Shown: positions 40,301 to 53,000 of the stretch, piece after piece
Layout of the letters: every line of letters begins with the position of its first letter
Position numbering within the stretch: the first letter of the stretch is position 1
Assembly: GCA_000708835.1 (NCBI GenBank)
Contig: DF237324.1
Span: forward strand, 9,309 to 73,308
Source of the DNA: Klebsormidium nitens
Taxonomy: Eukaryota > Plantae > Klebsormidiophyceae
Reading direction: 5' to 3'
DNA length: 64,000 nt
Notes under the pieces: generated by a model
Told to the model about the DNA's origin: nothing
Database searches by the model: none
What the model saw: the letters and a program-made list of their open reading frames with translations, nothing else
Translations under genes and position numbers: made by a program

Positions 40301-40547
40301 TTTTCAACTTGTGAAAGTGAAAGACAGAGAATCTGGAAGACCCAAAAGCGACTGGAATACAAAGAAGCGTACCGGCAGACTTCTCGAGACGCTTGCGCGT
40401 GCCCTCCCCAGGCCGAAAGTCCTTTCGCACTCTGGTCGTCTTTTTCACGGAAGGTTGTGCCAATGGCTCTTCACCAAGGTTCAAGCCTGCAGCTCTTATG
40501 AAGGAATCTTCTCCTGCAGCTCTTATGAAGGCATCTTCGTCTGCCAT
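37387..40547 (-). CDS. SAP-domain protein of unknown function (4 exons, ~235 aa)
   Basis: Exons 40547-40373, 39554-39421, 38386-38291, 37689-37387 join in phases 1/0/0 with GT-AG ends. SAP-like LDTLPTAVIRNFLLSQGQKTSGTKEKIIERVRHIL in the last exon. Further upstream exons cannot be excluded. Confidence 0.7.
38063..38125 (-). repeat. Intronic copy of the end + donor of SAP-gene exon 38386-38291
   Basis: 63 nt with 4 mismatches to 38281-38343; GT retained (gtgggg vs gtaggg). Confidence 0.92.
38354..38658 (-). repeat. Tandem ~100-104 bp repeat made of the acceptor + start of SAP-gene exon 38386
   Basis: Plus-strand unit gcgcttcttggtcagcttcgggggctccactctctgcac... begins at 38354, 38458 and 38558. 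Confidence 0.93.
40486..40539 (-). repeat. 27-bp coding tandem duplication (EDAFIRAAG/EDSFIRAAG)
   Basis: cctgcagctcttatgaaggaatcttct followed by cctgcagctcttatgaaggcatcttcg. Confidence 0.9.
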
Positions 40548-42715
40548 CCCTCAATACAGAGACTACTCGGCAAGAAACATTGAGTATCCTTGGGGACTAG
40601 CAATCTGGTAATTGAGAATGTGGCTAAGAGGTTTGAACTGTCTTGCTCCTTGGTGCTTTTGTACCTGATTGCTTACAGCAGTTTGACTGCCAAAGTGCTA
40701 CCAAAAACAGACCTTGACCAGAGCTGCGTCACCGAAGCCCCTGCGTAGCAGATTGCAAAATGTTTTCCATGGTCATGTCAAGCGGTCTCCATAGTTTCTT
40801 CCAATGATTTCAAACCGGCCACCAGAATGCGCGCTTTGTTCCTCTGCTTTGCCCGTCTCAAAATGCACAGTGAACAACAGGAGAGCAAGAGTAACTCCCC
40901 TAACCTGCCTGTAGAGCAACGTTCTAGATCTAGGCAGGCGGCTGGTAGCCAAGGGAACGACTGTCCTTTCCAGAATGCTGAGACGCCAGAGGGAGACAGT
41001 GACTCAAATAATCCTTTTTCTGAGAGAATCCTTTTGGTGCCCTCGTCAAATACCTGGAGACCTTTGACACCACCTCCCACCGGGGCCGTTCTTACCAAGC
41101 CAACCAGGGGATCTCTGGGACAAGATTTCTGATTGACAAGTTGGACCTCAGCTGCCTCGGTTGATCAAGTTTCTCTCGGGACTTGCAAATTCGCCCCTGC
41201 TATTGGAGTAAAGTGTCAAGCAGAAACCAAGCATAATTAAAAGAGCATGACACGAGTCAGCAGCTGTCAGCAGCAGAGCCAGAAATCAAATTGAAGAGGA
41301 GGAAGAAAGGCAGGTCAGAGGGGCGTCAGGCAAGGTGCTCGTCTTCCAAGCGGTGCTGTTGGCTGCATCCATCGACACCCATGATCTTGAGTGTCGGTCA
41401 ACTTTTTGCGTCTTTTTTTGGGGAAAGGCAGCGGTACGAGTAACCTTCAAGAGGTGAGATTGCCTTGGTTGCCGCTGCCGGTTGAAACGACCAGCGTATT
41501 GCAAGATTACTTCGATCTTTTGCTTTAAGGCTCTGTTTGAGAGGCTGTATGTGGAGGTCAATGAAACAGCACAGGATCTACTAAGCTCACTGGCATCGCA
41601 AAGGGACAGCTGTTGATGCATCATTACCAATTCGATTCGAGCCCGGGCTACATTTTTGCCACAAGCTTGTAAGTATGTAGGTGATTCCACTGCCCTTTTT
41701 TAGGCTTATCTTGAAAGTACGGATTTCGCTAATCAACATATGTAGAGCGCTGTTGAGTTCCACCACTTCTAGCCCCGGTAAAACTCAGGTCGAGTAGATG
41801 ATTGTTGTAGTTGAATGCATCAGCCCCCTGCGCTAGGCCAACTAGTGCACTTTGGAGTTTTTTTATCCACACGGCAATCAATATGCATATGCTAGATGCC
41901 TCGGAAAGCTCCCGACCATTGAGTATTTAAGTCCTATTATCCTTGTCAGAATCTGAGCCTCCCACTCCAAAAAGCTCCTTGCATCCACCTAGCGCATGGG
42001 CGAGTCACATCTGAACGATCTCCATCAATCTGCACTCTGATTTGTGTCACGACGTCATTGCATTTGAGTCTTCAATCTAAAGGTCAGGCTCAAAGTAGAC
42101 GCCTTGCGGTCACTTTCACACAGAGTTATCCATTTTGATCTTCAGAAGCTTCGACAAGATACGAAATCTAACTTTAGCGCACAATTTTGAGTGTCAACTA
42201 AGAATCTACCCTCCAGAAAAGGGAAAGCGCAGACTTATAGATGCCGGTGGGCGACACACATGGACGTTGCTGACATTCAAGGCGCCACTTACTGCAATAT
42301 TCAAGTTGTAACGGTTTGCAAACGGTCTAGCAAGTCATTGCTGTTTGCCGCACCGCAAGTAGCTTGTTCGGTTGCACCAACGACACCCCAATGGAGTGAC
42401 ATCTGAAAGCTGAAAGCCTTTTAGATATTGCACTTTGTCTCATGCAGCAAGCCACCACTTATCGCACCAAAGGACAACTTCCTGCGTGTAAAACTGCTCC
42501 ATTGGTTGTTTCAAGACCACAATGATTATTTCCAATCTTGGTATCCGCACCGTGCTTAAAGCAAACATCTTCTTTTCAACTTCCCTCGTGCAGTGTAGCA
42601 GACGGCCGTTGACTACTTCCAATCAACAGCCGCGAGCCTTGTATTGGCTCACGACGTTTTCCCAGAGCCGTCGACTCTCCCGCCCCTCTCCCCCCTCCCC
42701 CCCAAATTATAACCG

Positions 42716-45700
42716 ATGGACCTCCTTCGGCAGTACAGCGAGGAAGACGATGAGCCGCGGTCTGCTCACAACGGGGGATTGACCGAGGAGCCCCCGTCCA
42801 CATCAGGCCGGATGCTAGACGACGATCGAGAGGCATCCCCCGAAATCCTCTCGCTTCCGTCTAAGTCCTCCGCTCCTGTAGTTAGTAGTGCCATCATTGT
42901 CAAGCACCAGACCGAAAGCGCTGACCCGGGGTTACGGGTCGTCGACCCCTCCAAAAAGCTGGTTAGCTATAACCCCACGGTTGACCAGCTCTACGCCCCG
43001 GTGGTCGGCCCCGCACATCCCTACGCGAAAGATGGGTTGGCGAACGGCGCACGGAACCATAAGCAGGGGGTGGTCGAGGACGCGTTCATCGCGCCGTTCA
43101 ATTTCGACGAGCAGTACAACACGTACCAGACGTTTGGATATGCAGCGGACCCGTCGGCTGCGAACGGGGCGCTCGTAGGAGATGAGACGGCGATGAAAAG
43201 CTATGACGGGGCCACCGTGTATAACATCCCGGCAAGGGAGCAGAAGAGGCGGAAGCTCGAAGCTGCGGCGCAGAAGGAGGGAGAGGAACAGGACGAAGAG
43301 GCGGGGAACGTTGCGTCCGAGAATTGGTTGAAAGCAAAGAGCCCCTGGGCGGGGAAGAAGGAGTATGTGCAGCCGGAACTTACGGTGAGGAGCCTAAGAG
43401 CCGTTCAAATGCTCGTGGCAATCGTGCGAACAACTGATTGGCCCCGTTCCGTGCAAGATGCTACAATCACTGAACGAGCAGAAAGCTTATCTTGAAGCTC
43501 TGTATGTTAAGGTCCTGGCGAGCTCCTTTCAATAATTGCCTCCTTCACTCAATTTGGACAGTGGGATCCCAGAGCTTATTTAGTTGACGTCACCTCTGGG
43601 TCCATGGTCTGCTTTTTCTTGATGGAAAAATGGTTTTCTCGTGCAAAAGCGGATCCCATACGACTCTGCAAACGTGACAAAAAGCATTGGTGTCTTCATG
43701 AATTCAATCGAGTCCCCTGAACTGCTGACAAACCCTCGGGCTTCTCGCTTCTCAAAGCCAAATTCAGCAGGCTTCGAATCCGTTGTCAGTAGATTCTTCA
43801 CCACAAATCGTCGTTCTAGAGAGCTTTTGGCGCCCTCTTCACTGCTTTTGTTTGAGTTTTGAAGTTTGATGTATAAGGTTTGGTTCAGGAATTGCAAAGA
43901 ACCACCCCCCCCACCGTTCCTTTCTGGAGGACCCAGGAGAGCCGCACTTTGCTTTCTATATTGCACTTTCATGAGGATTCTGCCCCTTCCTGTCCGCTAC
44001 TGGGTCTCAAAACGAAGAGATTTCTTCTCTTCACTGACCTTCAGAACCGAACTGACTTCCTACACTTCTTTTGAAGTCTTTTGGACATCCTCCGTTCACC
44101 TCCTTCAGGAAGATCAGAAAGACATCTGCTCTAGCATCTCGCTCAGTGACTCCAAACCCCACTCTGAACCCCCCCTGAAACCCGCTCGTCTTCCTTACCC
44201 CCCAGGAGGAGCAAAAGAAGTATGCGGAGGAGCACGCCGCGAAGCAGAAGGGCAAGGAGAAGGGCGACAAGCCGGTCACGGAGGACAAGAGCGTGTTCCA
44301 CGGGAAGGAGGAGCGGGACTATCAGGGCCGGTCCTGGATCGAGCCGCCGAAAGACATCAAGGCGCAGAACGAGCATTGCTACATCCCGAAGCGCTGGGTG
44401 CACACGTGGTCCGGGCACACGAAGGGCGTGGCGGCGATACGCTTCTTCCCAAAGAGCGGGCACTTGCTGCTGTCGGCCAGCATGGATACCAAGATCAAGG
44501 TGAGAATCACTTGTTTCACTGACTGATTTAATGAATTATGAGTTTCAGATTGTGTAAGTCGAGAATGATCTGGGCCGGAGGGTTCAGGGTTTGAATCACT
44601 TGATGATTTTGGCCTGCATGGAACACGACATTGGCGTTCGAGGAGGGGGGTTTGTGTTCTGATCCCTTGCAGCTCAATCTTGTGCATGTTGTGGGGGGCT
44701 AGGGCATTTGCGGCTGAAGCAGAGGTTTCGAATTACGTTTCTTCAGAATTCTTGCCAGATTGGTTCTATGTTCGGAGGTCCTGATGCCGTGTCCTCGATT
44801 CAAAGGCCTTTACCAGATGCCCTTTTCACATCTACCCTTCTTAGTCGCTGTCGTTGACTCGTACCTATGGAGGCATTTGAGAAAAGACTTGAAGAAGAGA
44901 CCAAGATGCGGAGGTACTCCACGGTCGATTTGTAGATATTCAATTTGTGAGATGCCCTCTTTGCTAAGGTTAGGATGCAGGCAATAAACGGTTAACTGAC
45001 GACATTAATTTGTTCCGTACAGATTTGGGACGTGCACGGCAGTGGCAAGTGCATGCAGACGTACATGGGCCACTCCAAGGCTGTGCGTGACGTCACCTTC
45101 AACAACACGGGCACGCGCTTCTTGAGCGCCAGGTAAGCAGACTGCTGAGCTCGCTCACGATGATACCAAAGAAAAGATGGACAGGCGTCCTCGAACCGAA
45201 GAGTCGGAAAGAGGACTGTTTCTCATCTGGTCCCGTATCTCGTCTCATCGTTGTCTCGTATCAGCCTCGTACCTCCCAACGCAAGTGTCCACCTCAGCTG
45301 CGTTCTGTCAAGTCTGCCCGTGCGTTTTGCAGCTTCCATTCAAGGTTGCATTTCCTTCGATCCAACTACATGCTCCTCGTCACACCTTAGAACAAGCTGT
45401 GAGCAGGGCAGTCGACTGTTTCATCACTTCAAACCTCTGGCACCTCTTTTGGTGCTCACAGCATCCCAGCTTTGACCGCAGACCAAGCTCTGACAACCGA
45501 AAGTGATATTGTGCAGTGCAACTGGATCTCGTCATGACTCACCCCGAAGCTGCTCCGCCGCTCTAAAAGTTCCGCCGCTTGTAAAGCTCTGCGCCCATCG
45601 CAATCCCCATTCGCTTTGCAGCTTCGAGCGGTGTGTCCTGGACATAGGCTGCGCCGTGCTCTGTTCCATGTTATGTGAACCCCTGCCTTCCCACCACCTC

Positions 45701-48700
45701 GTTTCAGTCTCTCACATCACACCCCCGATCGCTTTTGCAGTTATGACCGCAACATCAAGCTGTGGGATACGGAGACAGGCGCGGTGCTCAAGACCTTCTC
45801 CACGGGCAAGGTGCCGTACGTCGTCAAGTTCCATCCCGACGAGGACAAGCAAAACGTGATCCTCGCGGGGATGTCGGACAAGAAGATTGTCCAGTGGGAC
45901 ACGGAAACTGGCGAGATTACCCAGGTTAGTGCTTAAATTCTGTTACGACACCCAGATTCTGTTCTATAAAAGCGGTCAAGGTAGTCTGCGAGATTTGTGC
46001 AGGCCCAGATACGCAAACCTCTGGCGCGACGTTTTCTGGAGGGTGGCCATGGCCAAGGCGATAGGCCTGCAGAATTTGGGGTTTGGACTGGTGCCTAGAC
46101 TCGCGTCTTCGAGGATTTTCCTCCGTGCGAAGCTGGAGGTGTCGACGTCGAATCCCAATTTCTGGAGACAGACACCGAGGATTGGACTGCAATCAACCAG
46201 GATAAATATAGCATCTCAAAGGAACTGATTTGTGTCAGTTCCTTCGTCACAAGCTCGGCCCCTCTGACACTCTATTGCGATGATGACGCAGGAGTACGAT
46301 GAGCACTTGGGCGCGGTGAACACGATCACGTTCGTGGACGACAACAAGCGCTTCGTGACCAGCAGCGACGACAAGTCGCTGCGCGTGTGGGACTGGAACA
46401 TCCCCGTCGTCATCAAGTACATCAGCGAGCCTACCATGCACTCTATGCCCGCGATCTCGATGCACCCCGACGGTGAGGGGCCCATTCCTTCCGGTTCTCT
46501 TCCGGTTCCGTTCCGGTTCCGTTTGTCTTTATTTGGTTGCAATTTGTGCGGAGCGTTTTACCGGTTTCAGATAGTGTCCTTTGTCGGGCCTATTTTCCTT
46601 TTTCTCTTGCTCATGATGCGATCCATGCCGGCCATTTCGATGCACCCCGACGGTGAGGGGCGCATTCCTTTCGGTCCTATTCCGGTTCCGGTTCCGGTTC
46701 CGCTTGTCTTTTTGTCATCAAGTACATCAGCAAGCCCACGATGCACTCCATTCCTGCGATCTCGATGCACCTCGACGGTGAGGAACTCATTCCTTCCGGT
46801 CCTGTTCCGGTTCCGTTTGTCTTTTTTCAATAAGTACATTAGCGAGCCCACGATGCACCCAATGCCCGCAACCTCGTTGCACCCCGACGGTGAGGGGCGC
46901 ACTCCTTTCAGTCCTGATCAGCTCCTGTGCCATTTCCGGTCCTGTTCCGGTTATGTCTCTCGTTCTGTCATCAGGTTAATCAGCTCATGATGGCATGCCG
47001 GCTATTCCAATGAATCCTGACCGTGAGACATTCAAAGCATACAAAATGGTCCATGTTTTGCTTCTCCTTCTCTTTTTCTCTCTTCTTAGAAGCGCCTTCT
47101 CGTACCCCTCTTTACATACGGCTCCCCATCGGAAGGAAAGTTTCTCTCTTGACTCGGTCTTCGGTTTGGACTATTGCCTTCGCTTTGCTTTGGATTCCTG
47201 CGTTCGTGGTAGGCAGCTTCTCGCTGGTCCGTATTCTTTGCACTTCTTTTCTTCACCCTCCAACGTCGAAAGCGTCAGTCTGTCTCGTACAGCAGCAGGC
47301 AGCTGACTGTGTTTGCCTCTTTACCTGTCTGCAGGCAAGTACTTTGCCGCGCAGTCCCTGGACAACCAGATTCTGATCTACGGTGCGCGGGACCGCTTCC
47401 GGCTCAACCGCAAGAAGGTCTTCAAGGGCCACCTCAACGCGGGCTACGCATGTCAGGTCAACTTCTCGCCAGATGGAAGGTAAGTTCCGCCTTTATTGTG
47501 ATCTGTGGCCCACTTGTTTTTTTCCACACATCAAAGGGAAGCAGGTCTGCGGCGAGCCTTAAAGCCTTCCCAAAGTTTGCACCTTTTGCCCTGCAGGCAC
47601 TCCCTTTTGCAGCCCGTATGGACAAAGGATAATCTGCCCACTTGTATAATCATTTACAGCAGTCGCCCCGCCTCTCTCGTGTTTCTGCTTGTTCCAGTCT
47701 TGACGTGCATGGAACCGTCATTTTGAGCGACGCACTTCGTGCCTGTCATCCAAGAAAAACCAATCAGCTTCTTCTAGATGCGGCTTCCAGATTTTGCACG
47801 TGCAGGGTTCAATCGGCTCCATCAGGCGATGAGGAGGGGCCGGTCTGCTCCCGGAATCCATGAAAGATACTCCTGAGAGATTCTTACGCTGAAACCTTCA
47901 TCGCGCGTTCGTTACTGTCGGCTCAAGCAACAAGTTCGGACACGCAGGTTCTTAATGTCGGGGGGCGCAGAGGGGCGGCCCTAGAGGATACCTCCAGAAG
48001 AATCTTTTATGCCGAAACTTTCATCGCGCATGCGTGACTGTCGGCTTACTCTAAGATTACCGACACGCAGGTTCGTCATGTCGGGCGATGCGGAGGGGCG
48101 GCTGTTCTTCTGGGACTGGAAGACGTGCAAGATCTTCCGCACGTTCAAGGCGCACGACCAGGTGACCATCGGCTGCGAGTGGCACCCCCTCGAGACCAGC
48201 AAGGTCGCCACCTGCTCCTGGGACGGCACCATCAAGTACTGGTGAGCTGCTGACGTCACGTTCACGTCATGTTTGTTGTCTTGATGACGCCACTTTCTCG
48301 TTTGGGGCTGTGAATTTCCGAGACCACCGAAGTCGCCTTCCGCTCCTGGGACGGCACCATCAAGTACTTGTCAGCTGCTGACGTCTTGTACAGTGCATGC
48401 GCGTCGCCTTGATGACGTCATTCTTTGTTGGGACTTTTGATTGACTGGGCGCTTGCACCCCCTCGAGACTAGCAGGATCGCCTCCATGTGATGGTGCTAG
48501 TTAAGCAGTAGCTAGTTCCTGTTGTCGTCCCCGTTACGGTGCTCGGATGGCGTCAGCATTGATGCATTTGAGCACCCCCCCGGGATAATAATAAGAACGA
48601 CTTATGAGCCACTCGCAGTTGGTGAGGGCAATTGCTGCTTATGGAGTGTAGCGTCTGAGCTTGACGACTTTCAGTTGGATGCCATCGGGAAACAGCAATT

Positions 48701-48786
48701 GCCAGCTAGCCTGGTTGATGCGGACGACATTCAGTAATCAGAGGATTGTTGCGCTAAAACAAGCCTTCTACTGGTGCAGGGACTAA
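42716..48786 (+). CDS. CDC40: Pre-mRNA-processing factor 17 (WD40 second-step splicing factor), 8 exons
   Basis: Exons 42716-43384, 44206-44499, 45023-45132, 45741-45924, 46292-46472, 47335-47479, 48071-48241, 48780-48786. Motifs [97 protein letters not shown]. Confidence 0.96.
46410..47030 (+). repeat. Serial copies of PRP17 exon 5 end + donor, interleaved with TTCCGG tracts
   Basis: ...atgcaccccgacg|gtgagg unit with GT at 46473 (functional), 46653, 46778, 46890 and a decayed copy at 47023. Confidence 0.93.
47791..48105 (+). repeat. Copies of the PRP17 exon 7 acceptor + exon start
   Basis: cacgcag|gttcttaatgtcggggggcgcagaggggcggc (AG ending 47947) vs functional cacgcag|gttcgtcatgtcgggcgatgcggaggggcggc (48070); more decayed copy at 47805. 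Confidence 0.85.
48319..48505 (+). repeat. Copies of the PRP17 exon 7 end + donor
   Basis: cgagaccaccgaagtcgccttccgctcctgggacggcaccatcaagtacttgtcagctgctgacgtc vs exon cgagaccagcaaggtcgccacctgctcctgggacggcaccatcaagtactggtgagctgctgacgtc; weaker copy from ~48452. Confidence 0.88.
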
Positions 48787-50036
48787 ATTGGGAGAAGGTT
48801 CAAGCAAAGCTTACCCCCTCGACCTTTCATATCCTAGAACGAAAAGGCCCGATTAGCAGAGGCTGGCTGCTACCTTGTGTTGAGGCAATAAAAAGAGTAG
48901 GTTTGTTTCCATGTGAGATCGTATGTCAGCCCAAGACTTGGCGGACTCGACGTTTGGCATTTTTGATCTTGCATGAGTCTGTTGCAGAAGGTTCGAGATC
49001 GTCTGCAGCCTTTTGTACCAGAATCCAGCGTTTGGGAAACGTGGGTCGTTGAATTTTTCTTCACTTCAGGCTACATCTTCAACTGGATGTTTGCTCATCT
49101 TCTGACAATGATCAAACCCACACTGGCACGCTTACAATGTTCACTAATCATGCATGACGGGGCAGATTCGTGTACATTGCAGAATTTGCGCCTTGCTTGT
49201 CGGCGACCTTGAAGTCGGAACACAGTGCATTCAACGACGCGGCCTGATGGGACAGCGCGGTTTCAAATCGGACCGATTGATCATCCAGCGCATGCAGGAA
49301 AGCGGTGGGCTTAAAAACTTAGCACCGGCGGTTACAATGACCCAGCGTCAGTCCTGGCAACTCTATGATCGGACTGCATTCATGAAGGTGAATGAATGTT
49401 TCAAGTTTCGAGTCAAGCCAAGCTGCACGTTCAGCAGTGCGCTGTGCCAGATATACATGATCGGATCGTGATCAATTCGTAGATTGCACTCTCGCAATTG
49501 AATAATCATGCATTATTATATACATATGTCTCTCCATGATCATTAGTATACGCCCATGGGCCTATATAGTGACTCCGTCACTCATATGCACTACAGTATA
49601 ACTTAGGACTCACAGGAACTAAGTTCAATGCGTGCATGTTTGCGGCCTGCTTGCCCCGGCCGGCCAATATATATACACAGGCTTCTCTACATCCAGCGCT
49701 GTGCCCTCGCGGTGGCAGATGCCGGCCGCCCCGGCCCCAACTTGACAGCATACGCGCCTGCTCCAAGCAGCGGGCCAAAGGACGCACCATGTTCTAGGTA
49801 CCAAATCCTTAGCTTTCTCAGATTCGTTGATAACCAGGCCAATGGTTCAAGGCCATGGACGACTAGCATGTCTTCATGCACGTTGCACGTCAGCATGCAT
49901 GCAAATACGATTGAAGTATTGCAGACACTTGCAAGCTCGACCAGCAACGCGGAAGGATGCTTAGCTGTGCAGACATTCTACATGAAGTGCTCTTTTTACA
50001 CCGGCCCCCGTTCTTCTTTTCGCTCTGTTTCTTCGC

Positions 50037-53000
50037 TCACGATACTACAGACTTCTTACACTCGGCCTTGTGTGTCTTCCAGTCGACTTTCTGCAAGAAT
50101 ACGATTTTTTTGATTCAGTGTCTTGGGAAAGCAAACCTTGCGACCGAGTGAAGCGAACACTTATCCGTATTGGCGGTGTAGGTGCTGGCAAACAGCTTGA
50201 CAGCCGGCCCTTTGTTATACCATGTCCGGTGGCAGATGCCTTAAAAGTTGATTCAAGAATCTGGAAAAACTTCAGATTTGAAGGAAGATATATGTGTGCG
50301 TTGAACTCCAAAGAAGGTTGCTTTATGCGACCAATATAAAGGCGTAACTTGCCATCCGACCATTTGAATGCACAAGCACGTAAAGCGTCCCGAGATGAGG
50401 TGAACGAGCCTTCTTGAAAGTAGCCGCCACAATGATTTGCAAAGACCTTTTCGCAAAAGAGGGTGATAACTTACTTGACATTCTCGAGAACAATATTGAG
50501 CTCCATGGCACGCACTGCACAAGTTAAAAGTCTTTTGGCGGATCTCGACGACCTCCCCCGTGCATGCCTGCACCAAAACACGCCAAAAAGACAACGCATC
50601 AAAGTGAGTCTCGAGGAGGACCAGAACCCCTTTCAAAAAGGCCTCGCTTTGTCACTATTTGGCAGATGAGCACATTTGGGGCCAACTCTCCATAGAGACA
50701 ACCTGCAGAGGCTTTCGGCCCCACAAACTCCTTTGACTTGCTTCGTAAGATCCACTTTTCATTCACATTTGACCTAGCCACTGATGCTATCTCTTAAACA
50801 TTTCCAAGCTCCTAAAGCGAGGAGTTTCCAACCAACGGCTTCAGAGTGACCTGGAACAGAATGCTTTTCTGATCCTCAAGGACGGTCCGAGCACAATCAG
50901 AGCAGAGCCAAAAACACGCCAAAGTCTGCAGAGAGAGCCACTCGACTCGAGGACTTCGCCACAACCGAGAAAGAACTACGGAACAAAGCTGCAGTATAAA
51001 CGGTCAGGTGAAGGGGCTCACCAAGCGGCTGCAGGGCTTCAAATTGAACTTGGCCGCGTAAACAGTCCAGATCCTCATCCCTTCGCTGCCCAAGCCCTCG
51101 TCTGACATACCGTTGAGCGCGCCAGGCAGCGACGATGACGCACTAGAGCTTGACAGGGCCCGAGAGATCCTCAGCACATTTTGGCACGTCAGTGTTCCGC
51201 CGTCCCGAGCGGTCTCCCAAAGGAACGTTTCTCCCGCCGACTCTAGTTGCCAACACGAGTCGAGAGCCAGCCCGAAGATTCGCAGGAGCGTCCCCAGGAA
51301 CGGCACGGACCGCTGCATCTCCTCCACTTTCGCCTCGTTCGACGCCGCTCCTAGTTCGGAGCAGCGCTTGAAGTCCGTTGCCAAACGCTCCGACAGAGCC
51401 GCCAGGAGCTTCGTGAACAGCTCAACCTGTACGCACGTAGCCGGGAACTCGACGCAGGCGAACAGGACCACCCCCGCCGCGTCCTGCACTCGATCGTCCC
51501 GCCCGATTGCGCTCATAACACCTTGCGAGTAGCACACCTGGTCGATCCACTTGAGGCCTTGTTCGACTAGCTTCTCCGCATCCCGCTCAGAGAGCAAGCT
51601 CGGCATACTGCCAACCGCCGGTTGCGGTCTCGTCGTTGTGCGCGAGTCCAGAAAGTCGGAGCAGACCATGTGGGGTTCGAACCAGTCCCTGGCCCCAACT
51701 AGGACGGCGAGAAAGTGCCACGCCGTGTTGATGGAAACCCCGTCGACGAGCTCTCTGGAGATGGCACCAACTAGAGCGTGCGAGTATTTTGGCCAGTCTG
51801 CCGGAGGCACCCTCCCTTTGTAGAAGCAGAACGCTAACAGCCTGCAGTACTGAAGACGGCTGAGGTTCGAGAGGGTCGTGAGGGCGAGCTCGAACGCGTC
51901 AACGATCTGCTATGTCAACTTCCTGAACTCCTTTGAGGAGAGATCTCCTTGGTCGCTTCCAGAAGCCAGAATGGAACCGAGACCCGCCAAGCACCGGACG
52001 AAGTCCAGGGGACCCCCTTGAGCTTCGTGCACGCGCCGCATCTCGGAAAGCATCGTCCCCAAAAGGGTGTCCACTATCCCCGCGCCCAACAGTAACTTGG
52101 ACTCTATTATCGAGAGGCTCCACAACCGGTCTGCTAGCTCATTCACTGCTTTTGCCGGATCTGGCGCTCCTCCCAACTTGACGCTCTGCAACATGACAAG
52201 CACCGTACCCAGGTCCGCAGGCACTCCGTACCCCTCAGAGTCCCGCATCTTGAAGCGCTGCGCTTCCCGCAAGAAGTGCTCGACGTTCTGTTTGTCAGAG
52301 TCCCCGACAAGCGGCTTCAGCTTCTCAACAACCCTGATCAGCTCTTCGAACTCGTTCCCCATCAGTATGGTCGGGTTCACCCGATCAGCTGTCCCGCAGA
52401 CGTTGCACAGGTTGAACAGTAATCGGTGCATCGCCTCCTGCAAGCTGGTCAGCGGGAGGCCCGGATTGGACGCAAGTCTTTCTTGCTGCAACATCGGAAA
52501 GTTCCTCAGCATCGAGTGCATGGACTTGCAGAATCGAATCAACCAGCTTAGGAGGCTTGGCGCCGCTTCGCTGCTCAATATCTTTTCTGTTTGCTCCGGT
52601 GGATTGGACGCTAAGTTTGAGAAGGCTGTCATGGTGCCGAGGGCCAGATCCGCCAGGATATCGGCCCGATCCAGCTCCGCCGGCCCCGGGGGATCCCCCG
52701 CCAACGGGAAGAAGGATGTGATCAAGGGAAGGTACCCCTGAGCGAGTGCGCTCTCTGCAAACTCCTGGGAGTTGCTGAGTAAACTCTCCAGCACGCGCGT
52801 GAGAAAGTAGCAGCCGTAGAGAAGGGGCCTCTCGGGGGCGAGGAGAGCTGGGGTGTGGGTCAGGCTCGCCTGGGCGCGCTGCTGGAGGCGAGTGCCGAAC
52901 TGATGCAGCGCGGTGACTGCAGAGCTACAGGAGGCGACCTGGAAGGAAGGGGGAAGAGAATGATGATAGAACAGTCATCTAGAGACGTTGTGTAAGCCAA

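Noticed and set aside
41286-41690. ORF that could be an upstream part of the SAP gene
   Set aside because: No convincing phase-compatible splice path to 40547.
50440-50475. Read-through of the MYND exon (CQVSYHPLLRKGLC)
   Set aside because: The GTAAGT donor and downstream exon KVDWKTHKAECKK complete a canonical MYND finger.
51910-51912. Pyrrolysine or genetic-code reassignment of TAG
   Set aside because: Other genes in the window terminate at TAG (ATG16, the NDUFAF4-like gene, the microprotein), and pyrrolysine is not known in eukaryotes.
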